64,000 bases of DNA, taken from Ignavibacteriales bacterium (GTDB taxonomy: Bacteria; Bacteroidota; Ignavibacteria; UBA10030; BY39). The notes under the pieces were generated by a model. It was given only the letters and a program-made list of their open reading frames with translations. It was not told where the DNA came from and did not search any database. Where the stretch lies: positions 18,683 through 82,682 of the forward strand of contig JBBIOD010000004.1 of the NCBI GenBank assembly GCA_037443545.1, given 5' to 3'. Position 1 is the first letter of the stretch, and each line of letters opens with the position of its first letter. This document shows positions 38,906-48,107 of the stretch, piece after piece. The position numbers and the translations under genes are program-made.

Positions 38906-39469
38906 TTGTTTGTATTTAAAGCGGAGTTAGTGGAAATTTTAAAAAATAAGAAAATAATGATACTCTTGAATAACGATACTGAAATTCAATTTTTTACCGA
39001 AGCACTCAATAACTTTGTTTCACCTGAACAACTTTTTTATAATTTGCAAAGTGGCTACTTCGCGTACAAAAGATATTCTAATCCAAATGAAAAATTACCA
39101 AGAAAATAAAGGAACAGAAACAAGTTCTTTCGGAACGTGTGGTAGAATTAATCACGACTGTTCAAAGTTTTCAACTCAAAACTATATTCAGAACTCGAAA
39201 GGATAGAAGTAACAGAACAAACAGAATTTGAAATATCTAAAGAATTTATTAATAAGTTAATTCTCGGTTCAGCTGAAAATATGAAGAATTACCAAGCAAC
39301 TCTATTCAATTAATGATTAAGTCTCCACAATATAATGTTTTAAAAAAAATATGACGACGACCTTTCAATCAAGGAGTATTTACAACTACTTGAAGATGCC
39401 TTTAAAGAAATATATCGTGTTTTACGTAGTAAAGAAACGGAAGTAATCAAAACGACCTTATGTTCGTAA
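38906..39469 (+). pseudogene. Possible decayed ORF: about 187 codons in one frame, interrupted by six in-frame stops and no frameshifts
   Basis: Frame 2 segments 38906-39106 (…AELVEILKNKKIMILLNNDTEIQFFTEALNNFVSPEQLFYNLQSGYFAYKRYSNPNEKLPRK), 39152-39310 (…ELERIEVTEQTEFEISKEFINKLILGSAENMKNYQATLFN) and 39344-39466 (…DDDLSIKEYLQLLEDAFKEIYRVLRSKETEVIKTTLCS). Stops at 39107, 39143, 39149, 39311, 39314 and 39341. Confidence 0.3.
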
Positions 39470-39471
39470 AT

Positions 39472-40485
39472 CTAAGTTCCGGTCCTCTCCCTTTTTAGTA
39501 GTCTCAAAACTTTCTGCATATCTTGCGGGAGGTCAGAATCAAATTGTATTTTAGCACCCGTCATGGGATGGACGAAACCAATTGTTTTTGCGTGAAGCGC
39601 TTGTCGCTGCATTATATCCAATAATTCATTCACGAATGCTTTCCTTTTTTTAGCAGTATCGCCATAAGCAATTTTTCTCCCCCCATAAGTCGGGTCGCCA
39701 AAAACAGGATGCCCGATGTGGTGCATGTGAACTCTGATTTGATGTGTTCTTCCCGTTCGGAGTTTTAATTTCACTAACGATAGAAAATCGAACTCTTCCA
39801 AAACTTCATATTCGGTCATCGCATACTTGCCGACGTTGGCTACGGCAACTTTTTTTCTGTCGGTTTTACTTCGCGCAAGACTCGCTTCGACAAATCCTTT
39901 GTTCTTCTTTCCAAAAAGTCCCCAAACAATTGCCCAGTATTCACGTTCGATACTTCGTTTCGAAAATTGCAGTGCTAATTTTGAATGTGTAACATCGTCT
40001 TTAACTGTTACAATTAAGCCGGATGTATCTTTATCGAGGCGATGCACAATTCCTGCACGCGAATTTGTTGGCTCGTATCCTAACTCGTCTGATGCGGTTT
40101 GAGTTTGTTTTGCTAACATACCGTTGTAGTGAAAGAGGAGGGCGTTGACAAGTGTTCCTGTGTAATTTCCATAAGCGGGATGAGTTACCATACCCGCTGC
40201 TTTGTTCACAACAATCAGGTATTCATCTTCATAAACAATTTTTAACGGAATATTTTCCGGATTGACTTCCTGTGGCGGGGGTTTGGGAATTGTAACATCG
40301 ATAACATCGTTCGGATTAACTTTGTAACTTGGTTTTGCGGGCTCTCCGTTTACTAATACAAATCCCCCATCTATAGCTTCGTGAATTTTCGTGCGGGTTG
40401 AATTTTCAATTGAGTGTGTTAAAAAAACATCTAAACGTTCACGTGTTTTTCCGGGGGGAACTTTGATCTGTAAATGCCGTAACAT
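39472..40485 (-). CDS. rluD: 23S rRNA pseudouridine synthase, RluA/RluD family with an N-terminal S4 domain
   Basis: S4 region …RLDVFLTHSI…LVNGE…. Catalytic HRLDKDTSGLIV motif. Confidence 0.85.
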   Translation of the reverse strand: MLRHLQIKVPPGKTRERLDVFLTHSIENSTRTKIHEAIDGGFVLVNGEPAKPSYKVNPNDVIDVTIPKPPPQEVNPENIPLKIVYEDEYLIVVNKAAGMVTHPAYGNYTGTLVNALLFHYNGMLAKQTQTASDELGYEPTNSRAGIVHRLDKDTSGLIVTVKDDVTHSKLALQFSKRSIEREYWAIVWGLFGKKNKGFVEASLARSKTDRKKVAVANVGKYAMTEYEVLEEFDFLSLVKLKLRTGRTHQIRVHMHHIGHPVFGDPTYGGRKIAYGDTAKKRKAFVNELLDIMQRQALHAKTIGFVHPMTGAKIQFDSDLPQDMQKVLRLLKRERTGT

Positions 40486-41054
40486 TACGTCGCATCAACA
40501 TTTATAGATTCCGGTCTTTTGTTCTCGACAGCTTTGTGAAAAATAAGCAGCAAAATTACACCGATGGTAACCGACGCATCGGCAACGTTGAAGACTGGCC
40601 AGCGGTCGAGGTGATAACCGAATATATTGATGTTAATAAAATCGATATCCATAAAATCGACAACCCGGCCGAAGAATAATTTTCCGTAACCGAAAATAAC
40701 ACTGTAAAAAATCCGGTCAATCATGTTTCCGATGGCGCCTCCTAATATCAGGGCGAGCGAAAGGCGGAAACCAAAATTTGAATGACGGACTTTGAACAGA
40801 TAAATAATGATAAAGATACTGGCGAGGATAGACACAATTCCGAAGAAGTGTTTCCCACCGAGATCGAACCCGAAAGCCATACCGGCATTTTCGATATAAG
40901 TGAGCCGGAGAAAATCGCCGATGACTGGCTTGCTACTGCCGTATGGCATTCCGGGAAAATTAATGCCGAGCAGTGGTATCGAAATACCTTTCACTAATAG
41001 TTTAGTGAGTTGATCGCCTATGACAATGAACAGTGTAATAAATAGAACTCTCAA
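40485..41054 (-). CDS. lspA: Lipoprotein signal peptidase (signal peptidase II)
   Basis: Four transmembrane helices. …FNVADASVTIGVILLLI… is a conserved LspA motif. Its stop overlaps the rluD start by 1 nt. Confidence 0.85.
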   Translation of the reverse strand: MRVLFITLFIVIGDQLTKLLVKGISIPLLGINFPGMPYGSSKPVIGDFLRLTYIENAGMAFGFDLGGKHFFGIVSILASIFIIIYLFKVRHSNFGFRLSLALILGGAIGNMIDRIFYSVIFGYGKLFFGRVVDFMDIDFININIFGYHLDRWPVFNVADASVTIGVILLLIFHKAVENKRPESINVDAT

Positions 41055-41078
41055 AATTATATCCGCAATGTTGGTGGT

Positions 41079-41624
41079 TTAAGATTTCTGACTGCTTTTA
41101 CATTTGAAGCACATTTGTGCGTGAGGAACTGCTTCGAGCCGTTCTTTTTCTATCAGTTTTTCGCATACAATGCACTTGCCGAAAACACCTTTGTCGATCC
41201 GTGTCAGAGCATCGTCGAGGTAATTCAAAAATTTCCCTTCTCTCGATGCGAACATAAATGTTTTTTCACGTTCCATCGCATCGGTGCCTTGTTCCATGTG
41301 TAACGAGTAAGAAGGGCTTTCGCTTGAATATTCGCCGGTTGTGCTGTCCATCATAGTATCGCGCAGAGTTTCAAGGTCTTCTAAAATTTCTTTCCGCTTT
41401 TCGTTTATGATTTGCCTGAAATGGTCAAGCTCTTCACGGGTAAAGGCTGTTTTGGTTTTAGTTTCTACTTTCGTGTCGGTTGGTTTAGGAGCTACTTTTT
41501 TTGTTGTTTTTGACTGCCGCACTTTTGCGAGTGCACTCTTGGTTTTTACAGAAGTGCTTTTTAATTTTTTAACAGCTTTCGACTTTTTGGTGCTTGAGGC
41601 TGCTCTTTTTGTTGTTTTTGCCAT
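41079..41624 (-). CDS. DksA/TraR-family C4 zinc-finger protein with a Lys/Ala/Thr-rich histone-H1-like N-terminal tail
   Basis: C-terminal …GVFGKCIVCEKLIEKERLEAVPHAQMCFKCK… (CxxC…CxxC). N-terminal MAKTTKRAASSTKKSKAVKKLKSTSVKTKSALAKV… low-complexity basic tail. Confidence 0.7.
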   Translation of the reverse strand: MAKTTKRAASSTKKSKAVKKLKSTSVKTKSALAKVRQSKTTKKVAPKPTDTKVETKTKTAFTREELDHFRQIINEKRKEILEDLETLRDTMMDSTTGEYSSESPSYSLHMEQGTDAMEREKTFMFASREGKFLNYLDDALTRIDKGVFGKCIVCEKLIEKERLEAVPHAQMCFKCKSSQKS

Positions 41625-41641
41625 TTTTATTTCTCCTTATC

Positions 41642-44600
41642 TTATTGTATTCGTTTTATACCGATTTTGCACATCTCACTGTTTATATCCCATTCTGCTG
41701 AATAATCGCAAGTTTGTAGTTCTGCCGCTATGCTCGCCGCTAATGTTTCGGATTGAATATATTGCTTCATTTTTGAGATTGCGTTTTCAAGGGTCGTTCC
41801 ACACTCAAAATAAATTTCAATACGGTCAATAACTTCGAAGCCCGCAACTTTTCTCATATTTTGAACACGGTTCACAAACTCCCGTGCGAAGCCTTCGTTT
41901 ATTAATTCTTGGTTAAGTTCTGCATCTAATGCTACAGTAATTTCGTTGTCGTTCTCAACGAGCCATCCTTTAATATCTTCGTGTATAATTTCGACATCAC
42001 TTAAAGCTATTTCAAATTCATTTTCATTTATCTTTAATGTGAATTTGCCATTCTTTTCCAATTCTTTGATGGAATTTGTGTTCATTGCTTTGATTTCATT
42101 TGAAATTTGCTGAACGAATTTTCCGTACTTCGGCCCTATTGTTTTGAAATTCGGTTTGAGTCGTTTATGAACGATTTCCGAATCATCGCTGACATATTCG
42201 ATTGTTTTTACATTAATCTCATCGATGATAACATCTTTCATCAATTCGATTTCGTTTTTATCTTCCTCGGATGTGATGGGGAGAATAATTCGCTGCAACG
42301 GTTGACGGACTTTCAAATTCGATTTATTACGTATCGCACGCGCCAGATAAACGATTCGTTGAACTTTCGACATACGGTTTTCGAGTTTTGTATCGATTGA
42401 TGTTTCGTCTAACTGTGGAATAATCGATAAATGAACTGATGAATATTTTTCTTTATGAGTAACCGAATTCAAATTGTTATATATTTCTTCAGATAAGAAG
42501 GGGGCGAATGGCGCCATCAATTTCGAAATTATAACTAAACACTCGTACAGAGTTTGGTAAGCTGCGGTTTTATCTTTCCCAAGTTCGCTTTTATCGACTA
42601 GGCGAGTCGTCGACCAGAAACGTCTCCTGTTGCGGCGTATATACCAGTTGGAGAGTTGATCTATTGTGAAATCGCTTATCAATCGTGCGGCTTTAGTAAC
42701 ATCGTACTCATCCATCGCTTGTGTGTATTTTTTTATGAGTGTATTAAGCGAAGATATAATCCAGCGGTCGATTTCAAGCCGTTCCGAAATAGGGATCTTA
42801 GCTTCACTGAAATTAAACTTATCGATGTTAGCATACAGCGAAAAGAATGAGTATGTGTTGATGAGAGTGCCGAAAAATTTCCGCTGAACTTCCGTTATTC
42901 CTTCGCCATCGAAGAGTGTCGGTTTCCAAGGCGGGCTGTTTGTAACTAAGTACCAGCGAGTTGCATCGGCGCCGAATTTTTCGATGATGGCAAAGGGATC
43001 GACTGTGTTACCTTTCGACTTGGACATTTTCTGTCCTTCTTTATCGAGTATCAACTCGTTTACGAGCAGGTTTTTAAAAGCCGGTTTATCGAAGAGAAGC
43101 GTGCTGATTGCGTGAAGCGAGTAAAACCAACCACGTGTTTGGTCTATCCCTTCGCAAATGTAATCGGCAGGATGCTGTCCTTCGAATTTTTCTTTGTTCT
43201 CAAACGGATAATGCCATTGAGCAAACTGCATCGCACCCGAATCGAACCAGACGTCGATTAATTCGGGAGTTCTTTGCATTGTGCCGCCGCATTTTAGGCA
43301 ATCGAACACAATTGAATCCACGTATGGTTTGTGTAAATCAATTTTGTCGGCGTCAACTTTTTCGGTAGTGCCGTTCTTTATAATTTTTCCTTGAAGAAGT
43401 TCTTGGATACTTCCGACGCATTTTTCTTCGCCGCATTTACACAGCCAGATTGGAAGCGGAGTTCCCCAAAAGCGGTCGCGCGATAATGCCCAATCTTTGT
43501 TTTCTTCTAACCAGTTTCCGAAACGTCCTTCGCCAACTTCGGGCGGCACCCAGTTGATTTGTTTGTTCAACTCAATCATCCGTTGTGCAATTTTTGTTGT
43601 GTTAATATACCACGATTCGCGCGCATAATACAGGAGCGGTGTTCTGCACCGCCAGCAGTGCGGATAACTGTGTGTAATAGTTTCCTTTTTATACAGGATG
43701 CGACGCGATTTCATATCGTTGATGATATTCGGGTCGGCATCTTTTACAAACTGTCCGGCAAAGTCGGTTACTTCTGGGTTGAATTCGCCACTTTTGTTTA
43801 CAGGATGTATTGTCGGCAAGCCGAATTTTCTTCCGGCTTGATAATCGTCCTCACCGTAAGCCGGTGCTATATGAACGATGCCCGAACCGTCTTCGGTGGT
43901 AACAAAGTCGCTAGTGATTATATAAAATGCTTTTTCTTCAACAGGATTGAAATTAAAAAGTCTTTCATAATCTTTTCCAAAAAGGTCGGAACCTTTATAG
44001 CTATCTATCACTACAAACTCACCGTCCAAAACAGAAACACGGGGTTTTGCTAAAATTAGTTTTTCCCCCTTGTTCTCAACTTTTACGTATTCGATTTCGG
44101 GATTGACAGCTAATGCAACGTTCGAGATTAAAGTCCACGGTGTAGTTGTCCAAACCAAGAAAAAAGTATTTTCCTCTCCTTTAACTTTCATCTTCACATA
44201 AACGCTCGGGTCTTTCACGTCTTCGTATCCGAGCGACACTTCGTGAGATGAAAGGGGAGTTTCGCATCGAGGGCAATATGGTTGAATTTTAAAACCTTTG
44301 TAGATTAATTCTTTGTTGTAAATTTCTTTCAGTGCCCACCAGATTGATTCGATATAATTATTTTCGAATGTTATGTACGGTTCGTTCATATTAACCCAGT
44401 AGCCCATACGGTCGGTCATCCGTTCCCAATCCGATTTGTATTTCCAAACTGATTTTCTGCACTCGGCGTTAAAGGCTTCAACTCCGTATTTAACTATTTC
44501 ATCTTTGTGTTTGAAGCCGAGAGATTTTTCTACTTCAATTTCGACAGGAAGTCCGTGCGTGTCCCACCCTGCTTTTCGATGCACCTGATAGCCCTGCATA

Positions 44601-44818
44601 GTTTTGTAACGGCAAACTAAATCTTTTAAAGTCCGGCTCATTACGTGGTGAATACCGGGGCGGCCGTTTGCTGTAGGAGGTCCTTCAAAAAAAGTAAAAC
44701 TTTTATTGCTATCGCGCGTTGCGATGCTCTGATCGAAAATATTATTTTCTTTCCAAAACTTTAAAATATGAAGTTCGAGTTCTGAGTAATTAAGTTTGTC
44801 GGTGAGTTCTTTGAACAT
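41642..44818 (-). CDS. ileS: Isoleucyl-tRNA synthetase, type 2 (about 1058 aa; no C-terminal CxxC zinc finger)
   Basis: HIGH-like PPTANGRPGIHH and KMSKS (KMSKSKGN) motifs. CP1 editing domain. The C-terminal region lacks CxxC pairs. Confidence 0.9.
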   Translation of the reverse strand: MFKELTDKLNYSELELHILKFWKENNIFDQSIATRDSNKSFTFFEGPPTANGRPGIHHVMSRTLKDLVCRYKTMQGYQVHRKAGWDTHGLPVEIEVEKSLGFKHKDEIVKYGVEAFNAECRKSVWKYKSDWERMTDRMGYWVNMNEPYITFENNYIESIWWALKEIYNKELIYKGFKIQPYCPRCETPLSSHEVSLGYEDVKDPSVYVKMKVKGEENTFFLVWTTTPWTLISNVALAVNPEIEYVKVENKGEKLILAKPRVSVLDGEFVVIDSYKGSDLFGKDYERLFNFNPVEEKAFYIITSDFVTTEDGSGIVHIAPAYGEDDYQAGRKFGLPTIHPVNKSGEFNPEVTDFAGQFVKDADPNIINDMKSRRILYKKETITHSYPHCWRCRTPLLYYARESWYINTTKIAQRMIELNKQINWVPPEVGEGRFGNWLEENKDWALSRDRFWGTPLPIWLCKCGEEKCVGSIQELLQGKIIKNGTTEKVDADKIDLHKPYVDSIVFDCLKCGGTMQRTPELIDVWFDSGAMQFAQWHYPFENKEKFEGQHPADYICEGIDQTRGWFYSLHAISTLLFDKPAFKNLLVNELILDKEGQKMSKSKGNTVDPFAIIEKFGADATRWYLVTNSPPWKPTLFDGEGITEVQRKFFGTLINTYSFFSLYANIDKFNFSEAKIPISERLEIDRWIISSLNTLIKKYTQAMDEYDVTKAARLISDFTIDQLSNWYIRRNRRRFWSTTRLVDKSELGKDKTAAYQTLYECLVIISKLMAPFAPFLSEEIYNNLNSVTHKEKYSSVHLSIIPQLDETSIDTKLENRMSKVQRIVYLARAIRNKSNLKVRQPLQRIILPITSEEDKNEIELMKDVIIDEINVKTIEYVSDDSEIVHKRLKPNFKTIGPKYGKFVQQISNEIKAMNTNSIKELEKNGKFTLKINENEFEIALSDVEIIHEDIKGWLVENDNEITVALDAELNQELINEGFAREFVNRVQNMRKVAGFEVIDRIEIYFECGTTLENAISKMKQYIQSETLAASIAAELQTCDYSAEWDINSEMCKIGIKRIQ

Positions 44819-44819
44819 T

Positions 44820-45638
44820 TTATATTTTTTTCACTACTTCTTTCATTATCTTCGTTAATTTCGGTTCGGTTTTTTTTGCTATGCCAATTATTTCTTCCAC
44901 CGATGCTGGTTTCAGTGAATCGGGGAAGCATTCATCCGTGATAATCGAGAATCCCAACACTTTCATACCCATATGCACAGCAACGATATTTTCCGGGACA
45001 GTGGACATACCAACAACGTCAGCACCTATAGAACGAAGAAACCGATATTCGGCTCGTGTTTCTAAATTTGGTCCTGGAACCGATACAAATACGCCGCGTT
45101 GAATTTTGATTTTTAAATCGAGGGCAACTTGTTCTGCTAATCCGATCAATTCCTTATTGTATGGCTCGGACATATCCGGAAAACGTGGTCCTAAAGCGTC
45201 GTCATTTTTCCCGATGAGAGGATTATTGCCTAACATATTGATATGGTCGGTGATAATCATAATATCGCCTCGTTTGAAGTGCGGGTTCATACAGCCTGCG
45301 GCATTCGATATCAATAAAGTATTGACTCCTAAAGATTGCATTACACGAACGGGGAAAGTAACTTGCTGCATTGTGTAACCCTCGTAGTAGTGGAATCTGC
45401 CCTGCATCGCCACCACATTTTTACCGTTCAACTTTCCGAATATAAGTTTTCCGTGATGCGACTCGACAGTTGAAATAGGGAAGTGCGGAATGTTTTCATA
45501 CTCAAGAACCGTCTCTTTTGTAATTTCTTTAGCAAGCCCGCCGAGACCCGTTCCTAATATTATTCCGATGGCCGGGCGCATTTTTGTGAAGCGCCTGATG
45601 TATGCAACTGTTTCTTTTATTTCTTCACGTAATTCCAT
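44820..45638 (-). CDS. punA: Purine nucleoside phosphorylase (PNP family 2, inosine/guanosine type)
   Basis: …[15 protein letters not shown]…, …[10 protein letters not shown]…, …VVGMSTVPE… are PNP-I/II motifs. Confidence 0.85.
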   Translation of the reverse strand: MELREEIKETVAYIRRFTKMRPAIGIILGTGLGGLAKEITKETVLEYENIPHFPISTVESHHGKLIFGKLNGKNVVAMQGRFHYYEGYTMQQVTFPVRVMQSLGVNTLLISNAAGCMNPHFKRGDIMIITDHINMLGNNPLIGKNDDALGPRFPDMSEPYNKELIGLAEQVALDLKIKIQRGVFVSVPGPNLETRAEYRFLRSIGADVVGMSTVPENIVAVHMGMKVLGFSIITDECFPDSLKPASVEEIIGIAKKTEPKLTKIMKEVVKKI

Positions 45639-45645
45639 TTTGCTC

Positions 45646-46188
45646 TCAATTATTTTCTTCTATGCTTTTTATTATATCGTCGTATTCGTTTTGGTTTTGA
45701 TCTACCGGTATTTCCTCTGTTACGCTTATCGGTATATCTTCATTTATATCTAACGCCCGAATTAATTCGAGTTCAGAAGTCAGCAAAAGCTTTAATCGGC
45801 TCGAAAGAGTATTCTTTTTAGCTTTTAGGATTTCGATTTCTTCCTTCAGTCGTGAATTTTCGGAACGGGCTTTATCAAGGATTTGCGAGGATTTTATTTC
45901 TGCCTCCTGAATAACGAGCTTCCCTTCGTATTTTGCGTTCTCTACAGATTTTGTACTAACGTCTTGTGCCTGCAATAAAGTAGCGTGTAAAGTTTTTTCA
46001 ATCGACTTATAATCTTGAACCTGTGCTTCTGCGACTGAAAGTCGCTCCTGCATATCTTTATTTTTTGTTACAAGGTCATCCATTTCGGCGGCAATCATTT
46101 CGAGGAAAGTATCAACCTCGATGGGATCGTACCCTCGAAAGATTTTTTTAAACGCCTGCTTCTTAATGTCTAAAGGTGATAGCTTCAT
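45646..46188 (-). CDS. divIVA: DivIVA-domain cell-division/polar scaffold protein
   Basis: N-terminal [28 protein letters not shown], followed by a long coiled coil. Confidence 0.8.
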   Translation of the reverse strand: MKLSPLDIKKQAFKKIFRGYDPIEVDTFLEMIAAEMDDLVTKNKDMQERLSVAEAQVQDYKSIEKTLHATLLQAQDVSTKSVENAKYEGKLVIQEAEIKSSQILDKARSENSRLKEEIEILKAKKNTLSSRLKLLLTSELELIRALDINEDIPISVTEEIPVDQNQNEYDDIIKSIEENN

Positions 46189-46214
46189 TTTTTAAACCCC
46201 TATCTATGATAGAT

Positions 46215-46919
46215 TTATTTTTTATAATCCCGGTTACCGAAAATCGCGGTGCCGAGGCGAATTATCGTTGCACTCTCTTCTATTGCTACATCGAAGTCGT
46301 TCGACATTCCCATAGACAGATGTTTCAGCGGAATGCCTTTTCGTTCTAAATCGTTTTTTATTTCTTTTAACATTCTAAACTCATAGCGTGATTCTTCTGC
46401 GTCTTCCGAAAATCGTCCGATTGTCATTAAACCAATTAAGTTCAGACCTGGAAGCCGAATAATTTCTTCAGCGACGACTTGAGCATCGCCGGGCTTAATT
46501 CCAAATTTTGTAGTTTCCCCGGAAGTATTTACTTCCATTAAAATATTCTGTTTGAAACCAGTGTTCAAGCAAAAATCCGAAATTGCTTTTGCCAATCTCA
46601 AAGAATCCACCGACTGAATCAAATCTGCTTGTCCGCAAACAAATTTTACTTTATTAGTTTGCAGGTGGCCGATAAAATGCCAACGGATTCGATCGTCGTT
46701 CAGCGCTTTTTTTTTGTGCACAAATTCCTGCACATAATTTTCTCCAATGTCGAAGATGCCTGCTTCAACAGCTTCGTTTGCCAATTCGCTGCTGAAAGTT
46801 TTAGTAACGGCAGTAATGGTTACTTCGTTGAAATTTCTATCCGATTTTCGGCAGGCAAGTTCAATTCTGCTGCGTATTTTTATTAAATTTTCTGCAACCA
46901 TTCGATAAAATCGATACAA
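46215..46919 (-). CDS. yggS: YggS-family PLP homeostasis protein (alanine-racemase-N-like fold)
   Basis: …EVTITAVTKTFS… (PLP Lys) and …HFIGHLQTNKVK… motifs. The start may be the downstream Met at 46901 (MVAENL…). Confidence 0.8.
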   Translation of the reverse strand: MYRFYRMVAENLIKIRSRIELACRKSDRNFNEVTITAVTKTFSSELANEAVEAGIFDIGENYVQEFVHKKKALNDDRIRWHFIGHLQTNKVKFVCGQADLIQSVDSLRLAKAISDFCLNTGFKQNILMEVNTSGETTKFGIKPGDAQVVAEEIIRLPGLNLIGLMTIGRFSEDAEESRYEFRMLKEIKNDLERKGIPLKHLSMGMSNDFDVAIEESATIIRLGTAIFGNRDYKK

Positions 46920-47019
46920 ATATAAGCCATTCCGAGTTTAAAAACAAAATGCCATTTAAGATAAAATTTGACATTTCCATTTCTAATTTCTACATTAGGC
47001 TAATTTGAAAAAGGATTTT

Positions 47020-48099
47020 ATGAACTCGTTTGATAGACGTGATTTTTTGAAGACGACTGCCCTTTTGGGGGCTGGGACTATTATTGGAAGTAATTTAAAA
47101 AACGTTGCTTTAGCTGAACAAAAACTATCTTCCCGTTTTAAACCTGTTGTTATTGCAAGTGCCAACGGTTTAAAAACCGTGGAAGCTGCGATGGAGATGA
47201 TTAAAAATGGTTCGGATGCGTTGGATGCTGTAATTGCGGGTGTTAATATAGTAGAAGACGATCCGAATGATGATAGCGTTGGCTATGGAGGGCTACCGAA
47301 TGAAGAAGGTGTGGTTGAATTGGATTCTGCTGTGATGCACGGGCCTTCGTATCGGGGTGGCTCGGTAGCAGCATTAAGAAATATTAAAAATCCTTCGAAA
47401 GTTGCTAGACTTGTGTTAGAACGAACAGACCATGTTTTAATTGTGGGCGAAGGTGCGCTTAAATTTGCCAAAGCCCACGGTTTCAAAGAAGAAAATTTGC
47501 TGACAGAAGAATCGAGGGAAAAATGGTTGAAGTGGAAAGAAAATTTAAGCAAAGAAGACGACTGGCTTCCGCCTCACGACATCGACGATAACGATATCGG
47601 TGAATATATGAAATCGTATTCGCGCCATTACGGAACGATACATTGCAGCGGACTTGATACTAAGGGTAACATTTCTTGTGTAACAACGACGAGCGGCTTG
47701 GCTTACAAAATTCCGGGACGTGTTGGCGACTCGCCAATAATTGGCGCCGGTTTGTATGTTGACAACGAAGTTGGCGCCGCCGGTTCCACTGGAAGAGGCG
47801 AAGCTAATTTGTTAAACTGTAGTTCCGTTATGATTGTTGAATGGATGCGGCAAGGGAAGTCGCCTGAAGAAGCTTGTTTGCTCGCCTGCAAGCGAATTAA
47901 TGATAGGTGCCGTGAGAAACGTTTGCAAGACGAAAAAGGAAGATTTAAACACAACGTAAAATTTTATGCGATAAACAAACGAGGTGAATTCGGCTGCGCT
48001 TCAATTTGGGGCGGTGCAAGACACGGCAAACCTCAGTTTGCAATTCACGACGGTGAATCGGCTAAAATTTTAGAAGGGGTGAGTTTATTTAAGGCGTAA
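47020..48099 (+). CDS. Tat-exported Ntn-hydrolase of the asparaginase-2 family (N4-(beta-N-acetylglucosaminyl)-L-asparaginase / isoaspartyl peptidase-like)
   Basis: AAGGA RBS, then MNSFDRRDFLKTTALLGAG (twin-arginine signal). Plant-type asparaginase / glycosylasparaginase core …HYGTIHCSGLDTKGN…GRVGDSPIIGAG…GSTGRGE. Confidence 0.8.
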   Translation: MNSFDRRDFLKTTALLGAGTIIGSNLKNVALAEQKLSSRFKPVVIASANGLKTVEAAMEMIKNGSDALDAVIAGVNIVEDDPNDDSVGYGGLPNEEGVVELDSAVMHGPSYRGGSVAALRNIKNPSKVARLVLERTDHVLIVGEGALKFAKAHGFKEENLLTEESREKWLKWKENLSKEDDWLPPHDIDDNDIGEYMKSYSRHYGTIHCSGLDTKGNISCVTTTSGLAYKIPGRVGDSPIIGAGLYVDNEVGAAGSTGRGEANLLNCSSVMIVEWMRQGKSPEEACLLACKRINDRCREKRLQDEKGRFKHNVKFYAINKRGEFGCASIWGGARHGKPQFAIHDGESAKILEGVSLFKA

Positions 48100-48107
48100 G
48101 TGGAGTG

